DNA of 64,000 bases from Candidatus Avilachnospira sp. (GTDB lineage Bacteria > Bacillota > Clostridia > Oscillospirales > Oscillospiraceae), in NCBI GenBank assembly GCA_045652125.1, contig JAZRTT010000019.1, forward strand, positions 56,337 through 120,336. The letters run 5' to 3'. A program made the position numbers and the translations under genes. Below the pieces are notes generated by a model. The model was not told where the DNA came from. It made no database searches and saw only the letters and a program-made list of their open reading frames with translations. Of the stretch, positions 63,858 to 64,000 are shown in pieces (the first letter of the stretch is position 1; the number at the start of each line of letters is the position of its first letter).

Positions 63858-64000
63858 TTACACTTCAGGAGCCCGCCTATGCCAAGTTAAATCTCACTCT
63901 GGACATTCTTGGAAAGCGTGAAGATGGCTACCACGAAATTGAAAGTATTATGCAGCAGATCACCCTCTGCGATGAGGTGGAGATCGATGTGGAAACAGGC
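63854..64000 (+). CDS. ispE: 4-diphosphocytidyl-2-C-methyl-D-erythritol kinase, first 49 codons (runs off the right edge)
   Basis: Hand translation from the GTG at 63854, which overlaps the DUF1015 stop (GTGA): [49 protein letters not shown]. This is the classic IspE N-terminus (AKLNL.L.I.GKR.DGYH.I.S). Confidence 0.8.
   Translation, partial: MITLQEPAYAKLNLTLDILGKREDGYHEIESIMQQITLCDEVEIDVETG

Overview
This window looks like a chromosomal core segment of a spore-forming Clostridia-class Firmicute. My guess is an Oscillospiraceae/Ruminococcaceae-like lineage with moderately high GC by eye. All family calls come from motif recognition and hand translation; no database search was run.

Most of the window is densely packed housekeeping DNA:
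- yqfD-yqfC and ylbJ (sporulation)
- ispH::rpsA fusion-plsC-cmk
- A Bacillus-like block scpA-scpB-ytfI/ytfJ-dacB-rluB
- tig-clpP-clpX-lon-engB
- thrC
- rplS-(lepB)-rbgA-rnhB-yraN
- A radical-SAM pair (TIGR03960/TIGR03936)
- An envelope/sporulation cluster: ComEA-like, OmpR-type response regulator, histidine kinase, triple-GerMN lipoprotein, small membrane protein, SpoIVFB-like M50 protease
- murT-gatD, xth, and an SLH-SH3-NlpC/P60 hydrolase
- nnrD-ydcC-like-alr-mazF
- rpmG-secE-nusG-rplKAJL
- A LexA-box controlled Y-family polymerase cassette
- smpB-ppiB-ssrA
- apgM, DUF1015, and the start of ispE

Three genes are missing from the ORF track and were recovered by hand: yqfD (runs off the left edge), rpmG (49 aa) and the 5' end of ispE (runs off the right edge).

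The only clearly accessory stretch lies between ssrA and two independently promoted tRNA genes (about 51.6-56.6 kb). It holds a decayed phage/ICE remnant: frame-broken fragments plus a 681-aa chimeric ORF that ends in a beheaded amidase, a SPOR repeat pair and an SH3-like tail. It also holds a frameshifted orphan Rieske gene and an AT-rich DUF6512 gene.

I see no CRISPR array, rRNA gene, integrase/transposase, or complete recognisable defence system.

The most noteworthy oddities are:
- The ssrA-linked chimera and a protein-like ORF overprinted inside it
- An intact MazF with a terminator and promoter where MazE should be
- A tRNA-Arg(CCU) with a U19:A56 elbow pair
- A 21-nt tandem-repeat tail on ribosomal protein L10
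- A catalytic-loop-variant Ser/Thr kinase with FN3-like repeats, divergently paired with a zinc-ribbon/Big_2 protein
- A small unknown protein translationally coupled to the SOS polymerase
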